From assembly GCA_029838195.1 (NCBI GenBank), contig JALGVJ010000036.1:1-64000 (forward strand): a stretch of 64,000 nt of DNA. The letters run 5' to 3'. A model generated the notes under the pieces. The model was not told the DNA's origin. It made no database searches and saw nothing but the letters and a program-made list of their open reading frames with translations. A program made the translations under genes and the position numbers. This document shows, one piece after another, positions 27,446-37,766 of this stretch (positions are counted from its first letter, which is position 1; every line of letters begins with the position of its first letter). The stretch comes from Promethearchaeota archaeon (GTDB taxonomy: Archaea; Asgardarchaeota; Lokiarchaeia; Sigyniarchaeales; SOKP01).

Positions 27446-27569
27446 AGCCCCTGGGGGGATTTTCGTATCATGGAAGGCTTCCAATCAAATTCGAACCCCC
27501 GACCTTTGCCTTTTTAGAGCAAATTAATGGCATACCAAGGCAACGCTCTACCGGCTAAGCAACAGAGGC
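27446..27569 (-). tRNA. tRNA-Thr(GGT) with two introns
   Basis: GCCTCTG/CAGGGGC acceptor, TTGCC-TTGGTAA-GGCAA anticodon arm, GGGGG-TTCGAAT-CCCCC T arm. Introns are 27512-27532 (21 nt, position 37/38) and ~27461-27490 (30 nt, in the T loop). Mature length 73 nt. Confidence 0.9.
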
Positions 27570-28012
27570 TTTAGAAAAGCGAGTGTAAAGATCAATGTAA
27601 ACATTCTTAGAATGGTAAACTAACTACTTAAATTATTACTAAATTAAAAATTTTACTTAAATTGAGGCAATTAATATGTTCCCTTTTTCCATTAGGGAGT
27701 AAGGCAGAAATAATAGGAATCGAAAACGATTTGGTAGCATGGAGGGATGAAACGCGTAGAAATAGCAAGAATAAAAAAGATGGTAAGGATTTGTTTTATT
27801 TTTTCTTTATTCAGGCTTTACCTTTCTCAAAAGATTTTTACTGAAATGAGAATGAAGACTTATCAATTTTAAAAGGTAAAAGGAATTCATTCAAGATAAA
27901 ATTGAAAACAATAAAATACTGAAAATGAACGAGTTTTTTCAAATGTGGGGAGTAGTCATTAGGAAATGATGGTGGTGTATTTCCGCGTTAATAGACTTAG
28001 AATATTTAAAAT

Positions 28013-28513
28013 TCATTCCCAAACTAAAGGGCTACCACATTTAGGACAAGGATCGGCACCAATAGGGATGGCTTCTCCGCAAAGTGGGCAAAAAACTGTT
28101 ACTTTTGGTTTGGGGGTTGGTATGGTATAGGAAGACGGGGTTGGGGGCGGAGTGCCGGAGATTAGAGGAGTTTTAGGCGTTTGAGTAGTTGAGAATTGTC
28201 GTTGTTGAAAGATGTGTTGCTTAAATTTTTTATCATTTTGTTTTATTTTTTTGGTTATTTGATTTGCATCAGTAGCTAAAAAGCAAATTACTATGCCTAA
28301 AGGAATGAAAGTATATTGATTCCATGGTAATAGATGAAAAAGGAGTCCAAAAACTATAAATAATACAATGATAGCTCCGAATACGACTCCACAATTTAAA
28401 ATTGACATGTTTTTTTGAAAGTTTTTATATTGTTGTGCTTCTGGTGTGGTTAATTCAAGTCCGTATTCTTCTCTAAATCTTTTTTTAATTTTGTCCGTGT
28501 AAGAATTACTCAT
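28013..28513 (-). CDS. Two-TM membrane protein with Pro/Thr linker and C-terminal zinc ribbon
   Basis: Two hydrophobic helices; CPLCG...CPKCG. Confidence 0.8.
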   Translation of the reverse strand: MSNSYTDKIKKRFREEYGLELTTPEAQQYKNFQKNMSILNCGVVFGAIIVLFIVFGLLFHLLPWNQYTFIPLGIVICFLATDANQITKKIKQNDKKFKQHIFQQRQFSTTQTPKTPLISGTPPPTPSSYTIPTPKPKVTVFCPLCGEAIPIGADPCPKCGSPLVWE

Positions 28514-28879
28514 TATCTCACGTTTAAGGAATATATTCTTGATACGATCTATAGTTAAAGATTAAAAATAAATTCGCAATGAAAAACTTTTGTGTTTAGA
28601 AAGAAAAAAATTTACGTATTTTCACCATATTCGTATTAATGTAGTTTTAATTACATTTTTATTTATTTTCTTGGGAGAAACATTCAAAAATGAGGTTTTT
28701 TTACTGGAAATCAAAAAAAATTACATGTAACCCTTTTTAGGATGAATTTCTTGGAGAAATGAAAGGGGAGAGGGTTTCTATTATAATCTCATATTAAATG
28801 AAGCGTGGTTACAATTAGAGAAGTTCAATTTTCTAACTTGAAAAAATTCACATAAGAGAGGTTAAAGAGCATAAAAATT

Positions 28880-29408
28880 AATAAGAATTTTCCATTTGCC
28901 GTGGGCTATTACGATCTTCATAAGCATGCGAATATTAATCATAAATTAAATCGGTTGATATCAAATGCGGGTGATTTAGCGGAGATCATTGCTCTATTGG
29001 AGAATCTTTTAGAAAAAAGAACGCTGGACATGTTTAACAAGATCATGAAAAAAGAATGAAACGAGATGTGCTGATAAATTGTAGTGTTAATCTTGACATA
29101 CACGTTTTTGGCGTGGATTCTCCATTTGAATAGATTGATAGGACAAGATGATTATTCAAGATATGTTATTATATTCAACAATGGAAATTTCCAAGCTTAT
29201 TACTCAAGGCGTGTTATTATTAGCAGCCACGAGAGAGCATTTCTTTCTGCTAAAAATGTCCTACAAGCAGATTGAGGTTCTAAAGAATGTAAGATTATTA
29301 ATAGCTTGTTCACTCACGTAGAAAAAGAATGTTTTTACTCAATATCAGATGGATAACATGAAATTGGCGATAGATGCCATTTTTAATTGGATTGAACAAA
29401 TAGATTAA
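28880..29408 (+). pseudogene. Alpha/beta hydrolase relic (N- and C-terminal pieces, middle deleted)
   Basis: Pieces FPFAVGYYDLHKHANINHKLNRL, HVFGVDSPFE and ISKLITQGVLLLAATREHFFLLKMSYKQIEVLKN...QMDNMKLAIDAIFNWIEQ resemble parts of one hydrolase family (DVLLLAG.EDHF.PL...HCQ.GN..LA...I..W), with stops and frameshifts. Confidence 0.55.
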
Positions 29409-29461
29409 AGAAATAATTTAAAGGAGAACGCCTTATTTTACTATATTTCTTTCCCAACCCA

Positions 29462-30082
29462 TTATAATCGAGCACCACAAAATTCACAGTAAAGTTGGTT
29501 TTTTTCCCGGACACGGGCGCCGCATTCGGGACAATACATTAATTTTGAAGAATCTTCATATTTTTTCTCTTCATATTTCATGTATTCTTTTTCAACATCT
29601 ATAGTTTCCTCCATTTCGGCAAGTTTTTCTTTTAGCCAGAGCATGAACAGATATTTTTCCGTTTCTTCTACCGTTTTAAAATTATCGTAAGATTTGATAG
29701 TCTTATCGGGTAAATTTATAAATCTTTTATTACCCGTATTTAAAAAAGTATTATAGAAAAATTTTCCATCGTAGATGAGATGTTTTATTTTTTGATTCTT
29801 TTCTACAAAATAAGCAAGCTCGAAACCCGTTGCCCCGGATTCAATCATGCGGAGCAAGGTTTTTAAAAACTTTCGATCATCGCTTAGGGTCTTGATTTTT
29901 TGTTTTGCTTCAATTTTTTTATGCTTAGTCAGTTCTAATTTCTCATCTGGAAATAAAAATTCTTTATCTTTATATTTTTTTTCCTTTTCAATTTTATCTT
30001 TTAACTTATTTGCGAAATCTGAAAAATGCATTATCGTTAAAGAGGATAGGTAATTTAATGATTCATTAAGAAGAAAGAACAC
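29462..30082 (-). CDS. Zinc-ribbon protein, paralogue 2
   Basis: IESGATGFELA domain plus CPECG..CEFCG. Confidence 0.8.
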   Translation of the reverse strand: MFFLLNESLNYLSSLTIMHFSDFANKLKDKIEKEKKYKDKEFLFPDEKLELTKHKKIEAKQKIKTLSDDRKFLKTLLRMIESGATGFELAYFVEKNQKIKHLIYDGKFFYNTFLNTGNKRFINLPDKTIKSYDNFKTVEETEKYLFMLWLKEKLAEMEETIDVEKEYMKYEEKKYEDSSKLMYCPECGARVREKNQLYCEFCGARL

Positions 30083-30095
30083 TTAATAAATAAAA

Positions 30096-30554
30096 TTATA
30101 GTAATTGTTTGCCGCACTGCTCGCAATATTTCTGGGTTATATCTGTTATTCGGGCGCCGCAATCGGGGCAAAATTTAATATTTTTAACCATTTCTTTCTT
30201 TTCCATCATTTTTTTAAATTGTAAATATTCTTTTTTGGGGTAGAGCTTAGCTCTTCTCTCTTCGATTTCCCTATGGAGCCATTTCATGAAAATGCTTTTT
30301 TCTGTTTCTTCTTTTACCTTAAAAGAGGTATAATCTTTTACAATTTCATCCGGACTTTCGATAAATACTTTCTCGCCAATTTTTTTGAAAGTTTCAATGA
30401 AATATATTCCATTGAAATACAGTTGGGGCAAGTTATTATTGTTTTCAGCTTCAAGGGCTAATTCAAATCCCGTTGCGCCCGATTCAATTTTAACCGCTAA
30501 ATCTTCCAATGCATACAATTCTTCTTCCAAAGATCTTTCAGTTTTCTCATCCAT
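30096..30554 (-). CDS. Zinc-ribbon protein, paralogue 1
   Basis: IESGATGFELA domain plus CPDCG..CEQCG. Confidence 0.8.
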   Translation of the reverse strand: MDEKTERSLEEELYALEDLAVKIESGATGFELALEAENNNNLPQLYFNGIYFIETFKKIGEKVFIESPDEIVKDYTSFKVKEETEKSIFMKWLHREIEERRAKLYPKKEYLQFKKMMEKKEMVKNIKFCPDCGARITDITQKYCEQCGKQLL

Positions 30555-30716
30555 TCAAGAAACCTCTATGAGCGAAAGAATTTTTAGTTTAAAAAGTAAA
30601 ATGAACTGAAATTCATGTAATAAATTTATTTAATAATTATAAATATCTTTTTAATTTAATTTATATTATTTTCAAAATAGAACCTTGAATGAACCCACGT
30701 TGTAAAGGGTGGATGA

Positions 30717-31790
30717 ATTATTAATTATTACAAATTTGATAGTCTTATCGAGCAGTTAAAAAATTCTACGAGATATTCCCTTCTAACTCACGAGGGGATT
30801 CCGAAAGCTGTAGTTTCAGAACATGGAGGACGCTTGCTTGGTATTTTTCCCAAAAAGAACGGTCATAGTCTCTCATGGATAAATCCAGATTTGAAGGAAA
30901 TAATACAAGCTAATGGAAATAATATTGGGGGAGACCGATATTGGATAAGCCCTGAACGAGCATTTTTTTATAAAGATCCGTGGAATTGGAACGAGTGGTT
31001 TTGCCCTTCCACCTTAGATCCAGCAAATTTTCAAATGCTTAGGATGAATGAAAGGTCATGTACAGTTCAGAGCAAAATTGCCCTTATTAATCAGTTTACA
31101 AAAGAAAAATATGAAGGAGAGATAACTCGCACGTTTAAAATTATCGAAGAACCAATTCCAACGGGCTTGGAAGCGTATTGTGGCATTGAAATCTCAGAAG
31201 AATGCTGGTTAAATAAAAAGGATTTGGAAATAAATGGATGGAGTTTAACTAATGTAATTAGTCTGGGTCCAAGAAATCCCGGTACCGTGATTATTCCCAC
31301 GCTGTCAAATCCTAAGCCACTCTCCTATTTTAGAACCATTCCAGGGGATAGACTACTAATTGGTAAAGATCACGTCAGTTTTAAAATTGACGTTTCAGAT
31401 ATTTATAAATTGGCCGTACGACCAGAGGACATTAATTACGACCTCCCGGCCAAAATTAGTTACATTACTCAATTGCCTAATTCAAAGGACTATGGGCTGT
31501 TAATTAAATTATCCAATGATATTCCAAAAAGTCAAGCTGAATGTCATGATGTTTCAAGAGACCATCCCGACATGGAAATTGGAGTCATTCAATCTTATAA
31601 TTCTGAATCCACCATTGAAAACAAGTTAAATTTTGGCGAAATTGAATTACAATTAAGTCCTTTTAAAACGGAGGGGGAGCTTTCTGCGGAGCATGCCACG
31701 CATCAGATAATCGGATATATCGGGTCAAGAGAAGAAATTTTCGAAACCCTTCAAAAATATTTGAATATAAAAGAACCAAACTTGTTTTAA
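30717..31790 (+). CDS. Conserved hypothetical protein (DUF6786/aldose-epimerase-like beta-sandwich)
   Basis: EHGGRLLG..SLSWINP..NIGGDRYWISPE. The frame is open back to ATT at 30717, upstream of the called TTG 30834. Confidence 0.6.
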   Translation: MINYYKFDSLIEQLKNSTRYSLLTHEGIPKAVVSEHGGRLLGIFPKKNGHSLSWINPDLKEIIQANGNNIGGDRYWISPERAFFYKDPWNWNEWFCPSTLDPANFQMLRMNERSCTVQSKIALINQFTKEKYEGEITRTFKIIEEPIPTGLEAYCGIEISEECWLNKKDLEINGWSLTNVISLGPRNPGTVIIPTLSNPKPLSYFRTIPGDRLLIGKDHVSFKIDVSDIYKLAVRPEDINYDLPAKISYITQLPNSKDYGLLIKLSNDIPKSQAECHDVSRDHPDMEIGVIQSYNSESTIENKLNFGEIELQLSPFKTEGELSAEHATHQIIGYIGSREEIFETLQKYLNIKEPNLF

Positions 31791-31885
31791 TCGTTTTTTT
31801 ATTTATCCTTGTCTTTAAATTTTATTTAATAAAATCTTCTTCCTCTCCTCCTTTAAAATCATTTTCATCGTCGCAATCCCATTTT

Positions 31886-32698
31886 TTAAAATGTTGCTTT
31901 AATAAAGCCGCCATCTACTTGAACCACGGTTCCTGTAATGTAACTCGCTTTTTCAGAAGCCAAAAATATCACTAAATTAGCTAATTCTTCTGGTCTTCCT
32001 AATCTCCCCATGGGTATTTGATCGGTCCAGGATTTTTCAATTTCCTCTCTTGATCTTCCCGTAGACTGTACTTTAGATTGAATTAATTCATTCATCCTGT
32101 CGGTCAGCGTTGGACCCGGACATACCACGTTTACCAATATTCCATGCTTGGCTTGTTCATTTGAAAGCGTTTTCGCAAACCCAACCACGCCCAACCGCAT
32201 GGTATTTGATAACACCAAATCCTCTAACGGCTGTTTTACGGAAACAGACGTGATCGCTATGATTCTTCCTTTCCCTTGCCTCTTCATGATTGGAATGACC
32301 AAATTGCACGCACGAATAAATGAACGCAAGTTTAAATTAATGGAACGCGTCCATTCCTCTTCACTCACGTTTTCAATGGGCTTGGATGGGGGTCCTCCCG
32401 CATTGTGAACCAGGATATCTATTCTGCCAAATCGATTCATCACCTCCCTTATTAAACGGTTGATGTCTTCCTCTCGCTCGAGATCCACCACAATGCTCAT
32501 GATTTCCTTTCCAGAAAATTTGGTTTCTACTTTTTTTATTTCCTCTTCTGCTCGCCTCAAATTACTTTCATTTCTACTACAAATCACCACGTGAGCACCC
32601 TCCTCATGAAATCCCTTAGCACAAGCTAAGCCCAAACCTTTACTCGATGCCAATACAACCGCTACTTTATCTTTTAACCCTAAATCCATTATTACCAA
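31886..32698 (-). CDS. SDR family oxidoreductase
   Basis: ASSKGLG, NAGGPP, SNTMRLGVVG, NVVCPG, ITGTVVQVDGG. Confidence 0.9.
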   Translation of the reverse strand: MVIMDLGLKDKVAVVLASSKGLGLACAKGFHEEGAHVVICSRNESNLRRAEEEIKKVETKFSGKEIMSIVVDLEREEDINRLIREVMNRFGRIDILVHNAGGPPSKPIENVSEEEWTRSINLNLRSFIRACNLVIPIMKRQGKGRIIAITSVSVKQPLEDLVLSNTMRLGVVGFAKTLSNEQAKHGILVNVVCPGPTLTDRMNELIQSKVQSTGRSREEIEKSWTDQIPMGRLGRPEELANLVIFLASEKASYITGTVVQVDGGFIKATF

Positions 32699-33125
32699 AT
32701 AAATTCTTTATTTCATAAAATTCACTAAGATTGAATAAAATCTGATTGCATGGAATTTAAAATTTATTTTATCCCATTAAAGCTTAGGTAAGAATCCTCA
32801 CCAAAATGAATTTCCTATTTACTGTTTTACTCGATAGGATGCCATATCTTTAAATAATTTAACAATTTCCCCTAAAATGATCTTTCGCTTAAATAACGCC
32901 TTACTAACTCATTTTACTAATGTTTTTGTCCTTATCACTATAAATATCTCCAAATTAAGAGAACAAATTTCATGGACCTTTACTCATTCAACCAAAATAA
33001 GAAAATGATGATATAATCCCTTTATAAAATAATCAAATTAGCTCTCCTTAAAATGTAAAGGTCTGTTGAACAAGGATTAACCCATTTTAATAATTAAATG
33101 GATCTCTCTCGAAAATAAAAAAATC

Positions 33126-33581
33126 CTAATCGGGACTCAACTCATCCAAGTCACTTAAATCTAATCCCGAATCCATTGTCTCTGGTATCTCTGCTAAAAA
33201 TTCATCCAAAATCTCCTTTAACTCTTCTCCCGATCTCTTTAATATCAATCGAATCAGTCCAATGTTAATATCAGGATCTGATATCAAGCAAAGAACGCCT
33301 TTAACCCCACAACTCGCCGCAAATATCTTTCCGCCCGTAAATTCAGATGTTACTATGTCTAAATCTCCTAATTCCAGGTTCTTCCCTTGTTCTTCGGACG
33401 CACAGAAAACCGCAGAAGCGATGGCGCCGATTCCGTCGACATCCGCCGGAAAATAGCTAAATTTTGAAACACTGGCAATTGTCAAACCCGTCCGATCTAC
33501 TAAAATTACCTTTTTAATACCACTTTCAGACTTAATTATTTTAGATAGAATTGAATCGAATGATTTAGTATCAATACTCAA
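33126..33581 (-). CDS. Roadblock/LC7 (MglB-like) domain protein with acidic tail
   Basis: VILVDRTGLTIAS..DVDGIGAIASAVF..EEQG..LELG.L.IVTSEF..GKIF..NIGLIRL. Confidence 0.9.
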   Translation of the reverse strand: MSIDTKSFDSILSKIIKSESGIKKVILVDRTGLTIASVSKFSYFPADVDGIGAIASAVFCASEEQGKNLELGDLDIVTSEFTGGKIFAASCGVKGVLCLISDPDINIGLIRLILKRSGEELKEILDEFLAEIPETMDSGLDLSDLDELSPD

Positions 33582-34027
33582 CTCGATTTTACACCTACAA
33601 ATAATATTAGATGATTATAATATTAATATAATTCAATCTTTTAAAATTATTATTATAAATAAAAAATATCATGTATATAAAAATTTGTTTTTACGAATAG
33701 GGCATGATTTTTCAAGAAAGGGACGAGAAAAAAGGGACATTTTTTTAATTAAGAAAGGAGTAGAAAAACCAGGAGAGATAAAAAAAATCATTTTTATTTT
33801 CATTCTCATTTCTTGTTATTCTCTATTATTGCATGATATTAATTAAAGCAATGAACTCCCATTTTAAACGTTAGATTTTGAATTAAAATACAGAACATTT
33901 AGAAGTACAAGTAAGAAATAAATCTAGGGATGTAATAAAGATATAATTGGATTTCTAAATATTATCAAGTAAAAAAAAAAACAAAAGCAAGAAACGAGAT
34001 ATTAATGATGTTTAGTTTGAGTTATTC

Positions 34028-35488
34028 TTAAGCAGGCGGTTTAGGTGTAATGCTTATAGTGTAAACCGGACTTTTAGCTAAATTTTTTGGTACTTCAATA
34101 TTTAAAGCATCTTCTTTCTGCTTCCAGTCTATCGGTACATCATATCCCAACCATCGAATTTTGGATTCCTTGGATACGACAAGTGACTCAATAGTTACAG
34201 TTGATTTTTTGGGGATATCTAATAGAAAGATATATAACGTCTCTGCTTTTTGAGTAAATCGCACTCTAATCCCGTTCGTGGTTTTTCCTTCGGCCCTAAT
34301 CCAAGGACGGGTTCCATATATTGCTTCTCCATTAATTTCAAGCCATTTTCCTAAACCCAACACGCGCGTTTTTTGAATTTCGGGGATTGTTCCATCAGCT
34401 TCCGGTCCTAAATTCAGAAGAAGATTTCCATTTTTGCTAACAATATCGACAAATAAGCGTACCAATTCTTCAACACTTAAATAATCTTCTGGTTTTTCGG
34501 CCCTATTTAATCCAAAAGAAGTTCCCAATCCCCTGGTAGCCTCCCATTTTTTCTCAACGATATGCGGACATGTTGAATATTCTTGAGTCGTAAAATCACA
34601 ATGAGGGGGGTTGGGTGTTTCCATCCCTTTCGTTAAAAATAACCTTTTGACATACCAGCATACTATTTTTCGACCAATTTTTGTATTCGCAAATTTACTC
34701 AAAAATTTTGGTACTTGCATCCATCGATCATTTATCACTCCATCTGGCATTTTGTTATAAAAATATGCAAATAATTTTGCGACATTTGCATCTCGTGGAT
34801 AAGCAATATCATTCCAGAGAATCGAGGGCTCATATTTATCAATCAATTCTTTCCAATGTGCTTCAATCATATCTATGTATTCTTCACTATTTGGAGTTTG
34901 GGTAAATTCATCCACGGGATCTTTGATATAGAGCTCAATAAATGTGTTATCCAGTCCACTTGAATAATATAGTCCCATTTTCATCCCTCTGCTTTTCACG
35001 GCTTTAGTCAATTCTCCTATTATATCTCGTTTCGAATGGTAATTTTCCCTTTTAGGATGAGGATATTCACTTGGCCATAATAAAAAGCCATCATGATGCT
35101 TGGTTACTAACACTACATACTTAGCACCCGCCTTTTTAAATAGCTCAGCCCATTTTTCGGGATTCCATTTTTCACTTGCTTTATTAAACATAGGTATAAA
35201 ATTGTCATAAGAGAAATCTTCTCCGAATGTTTCATTATGGTATTTTTGTGTCGGGCTATCAGGAATTTTCATCGTGTTTATGTACCATTCAGCATAAGGA
35301 TTATGAGCATAATATGCTTTCCATCCCTCTTTTGCTAATATTTTAAGATTTTCGCCTTTCCCTATAGGGGCAAAAGCTGGAACGCTAAAAAGGGCCCAAT
35401 GAATAAAAATCCCCAATTTTGCATCATTATACCAGTCCGGTAATTCATGTTCTCTTACAGATTTTAAAGTTGGTTGAAAATTTTTCAT
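34028..35488 (-). CDS. Alpha-L-fucosidase (GH29)
   Basis: AKLGIFIHW, YAEWY, KHHDGF, ILWND, KNGNLLLNLGP, GEAIYGTRPW. Confidence 0.93.
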   Translation of the reverse strand: MKNFQPTLKSVREHELPDWYNDAKLGIFIHWALFSVPAFAPIGKGENLKILAKEGWKAYYAHNPYAEWYINTMKIPDSPTQKYHNETFGEDFSYDNFIPMFNKASEKWNPEKWAELFKKAGAKYVVLVTKHHDGFLLWPSEYPHPKRENYHSKRDIIGELTKAVKSRGMKMGLYYSSGLDNTFIELYIKDPVDEFTQTPNSEEYIDMIEAHWKELIDKYEPSILWNDIAYPRDANVAKLFAYFYNKMPDGVINDRWMQVPKFLSKFANTKIGRKIVCWYVKRLFLTKGMETPNPPHCDFTTQEYSTCPHIVEKKWEATRGLGTSFGLNRAEKPEDYLSVEELVRLFVDIVSKNGNLLLNLGPEADGTIPEIQKTRVLGLGKWLEINGEAIYGTRPWIRAEGKTTNGIRVRFTQKAETLYIFLLDIPKKSTVTIESLVVSKESKIRWLGYDVPIDWKQKEDALNIEVPKNLAKSPVYTISITPKPPA

Positions 35489-36111
35489 TTTTACTATAAA
35501 CCTCGATCATTTTATTTATAACGCAGTAAATATTTTGGCATGGTCATGCTCACTTTATATTTTATATGACAAATCCTTTCTCTTTCACGGTAAGTTTTGC
35601 TTAATTATTTAGTGCGTCATATATAATTCTAAAGTTTGACAACTTAATGTATCTTAGAACCTTTATAAATCCTCGTACCTCTCTTTCGGCATGAGGGAGG
35701 TCCGCATGTAAAAAGCGTGACATGACACCATCATCTTACACGTTTTATAAGAAAGGAAGATCCCTTTATTTTAACTTTATTTTAATATGATACTCGCGGA
35801 AAAAAACCCACTTATCATGAATTTTGTTGAAGAACATAGCTTGCATTTATCGGTCAACGAGGAAAAAGCAATAAACGAGCGGCTTTTTATCGCATTAAAA
35901 GAATAATGTAGGGCGTGCAATTTAATTTTAAATATTAAAATGCCATTAAAGGATTGCAGAACAAATCGATCTTTAAGAATGATCTTATTTAAGATAGCAT
36001 GTAATATCCAGAAGATGTATTTATAACTTGATCAGAATCCTTTATTTTACTGAAGTCCTAGTAAAAATAGTGAGATACTTTGTATCAACTAAATTAAAAT
36101 AAAAAATCTAT

Positions 36112-37557
36112 TTGGTACGAAATATTATGGAAGAAACCGATTTAAAATCTTTGAAAAGGTTTGAAAGATATGATTTTAAAACGAAATTAGCGTTTAGCAT
36201 TGGAGAAATTACAGATACGGTGGCATATCAAGGTTTTCAACTACTCGTATTTGTTTTTTATTTCTCCGTAGTTAAATTACCCGTGATGTGGATAAGTATA
36301 GGATTTATTATATGGTCGGTGTGGAATGCGATTAATGACCCCCTTATTGGGATTCTTTCTGATAAAACTCATACACGTTGGGGAAGGCGCATTCCATGGA
36401 TGATATTGACTGCTGTTCCATTGAGCCTAATGTGCTTTCTTCTTTGGACACCTCCCATGACTTCAGATCAAATGAATTTCATCTACTACATGATAGTACT
36501 CTTTCTCTTTGATACTTTCTTTACAATGTACTCATTAAATCACGTTTCGTTATTCCCAGAAATGTTTATAGAAGAAGAAGAGCGGGCAGAAGTTAATGTA
36601 ATGAGAATGGTTATAGCGATTATTGCATTAATAATAGTTTTTCTCCTCCCTTCATTGATTATCGAAGATATGGCAAATCAATACGGGTATGATTATACAA
36701 TCATGCAATATCAAACGATAGGACTTATTTTTGCTATAACAGTTGGAGTGACTATTTTTATTACCATCAAATGGGGTTCAAAAGAACGTGTTCAATTCGC
36801 TACTGATTATGAAACGGCTCCATCATTCTTTAATTCCTTGAAATTTACATTTTCGAACAAGGCATTTATATTCTTTATTATTGCATGGTTATGCATGGCT
36901 ACCGTACAAAGTATATTGCCAACACTAGTTCCGCTTTATGCTACATATGTGCTTAAGGTTGCTGAGGAGAATTCAATAATGATTGGGGTATTACTTTTAG
37001 CGACGTTTCTTGTTGGAATATTCACTTTACCCTTATGGATGAAATTAAGAAAGAGATGGGGTTTATGGCAAATTTCATTAAGTATTTTCGCAGTTTTAGC
37101 GATTACATTAACTTTCTTTCTTTGGATAAAAGGTCTTTTAACGGCTTTTATTTCCATGGGGTTAGGTGGGATTGGAATTGGAGGTTCCATGTATATTCAA
37201 GATCAACTTTTAGCACAAATTATAGATGATGATGAGATACAACACGGAACGAGAAGAGAAGGTGGTTTTTATGGAATATGGGCATTTGTCACGCGATTTT
37301 CGGGAGTAATCACCATTCTACTTATAGGAATCGTTTTTACAGGGACTGGTTGGGGAGAGTTTACCCCTAAACCAGGAGCTGAAGTAATTTGGGGTTTACG
37401 ACTTTTAATGGGCTTAATTGCTCCGGTTATTCTTTTAATTGGATTCTTAGCATTGTTATTTTATCCTATTCATGGAAAAAAATTGCAGGAAAATTTAATA
37501 AATTTAACAGAAATCCATTCAAAGAAAGATGATTTAAAGAAAAAATCCAATTTTTAA
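36112..37557 (+). CDS. GPH/MelB-family MFS sugar transporter
   Basis: WNAINDPLIG.LSD.T.TRWGRRIPW, IDDDE...G.RREG.FYG, ~12 TMs. Confidence 0.9.
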   Translation: MVRNIMEETDLKSLKRFERYDFKTKLAFSIGEITDTVAYQGFQLLVFVFYFSVVKLPVMWISIGFIIWSVWNAINDPLIGILSDKTHTRWGRRIPWMILTAVPLSLMCFLLWTPPMTSDQMNFIYYMIVLFLFDTFFTMYSLNHVSLFPEMFIEEEERAEVNVMRMVIAIIALIIVFLLPSLIIEDMANQYGYDYTIMQYQTIGLIFAITVGVTIFITIKWGSKERVQFATDYETAPSFFNSLKFTFSNKAFIFFIIAWLCMATVQSILPTLVPLYATYVLKVAEENSIMIGVLLLATFLVGIFTLPLWMKLRKRWGLWQISLSIFAVLAITLTFFLWIKGLLTAFISMGLGGIGIGGSMYIQDQLLAQIIDDDEIQHGTRREGGFYGIWAFVTRFSGVITILLIGIVFTGTGWGEFTPKPGAEVIWGLRLLMGLIAPVILLIGFLALLFYPIHGKKLQENLINLTEIHSKKDDLKKKSNF

Positions 37558-37766
37558 ATCTTTTTTTTATCTAAAATTATTTTCTTTTTTCAAGCTCTTA
37601 CTCAGAGGATAGAGTCATTGAGTATTCCAAATTTAAATGAAAGAATTAATGCTATTTCGGTTCGTTTATTTCAATAAATAAAATCGTCAAAAAATTATGA
37701 GGGATATTAAAGAGAGAGAAATCGACCTTTAGTTAGCCTCTCATTCATTTTAAAAAAAATATTAAG

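Noticed and set aside
26500-30600. Integrated mobile element at the tRNA pair
   Set aside because: No integrase, transposase or duplicated tRNA 3' end (att) seen.
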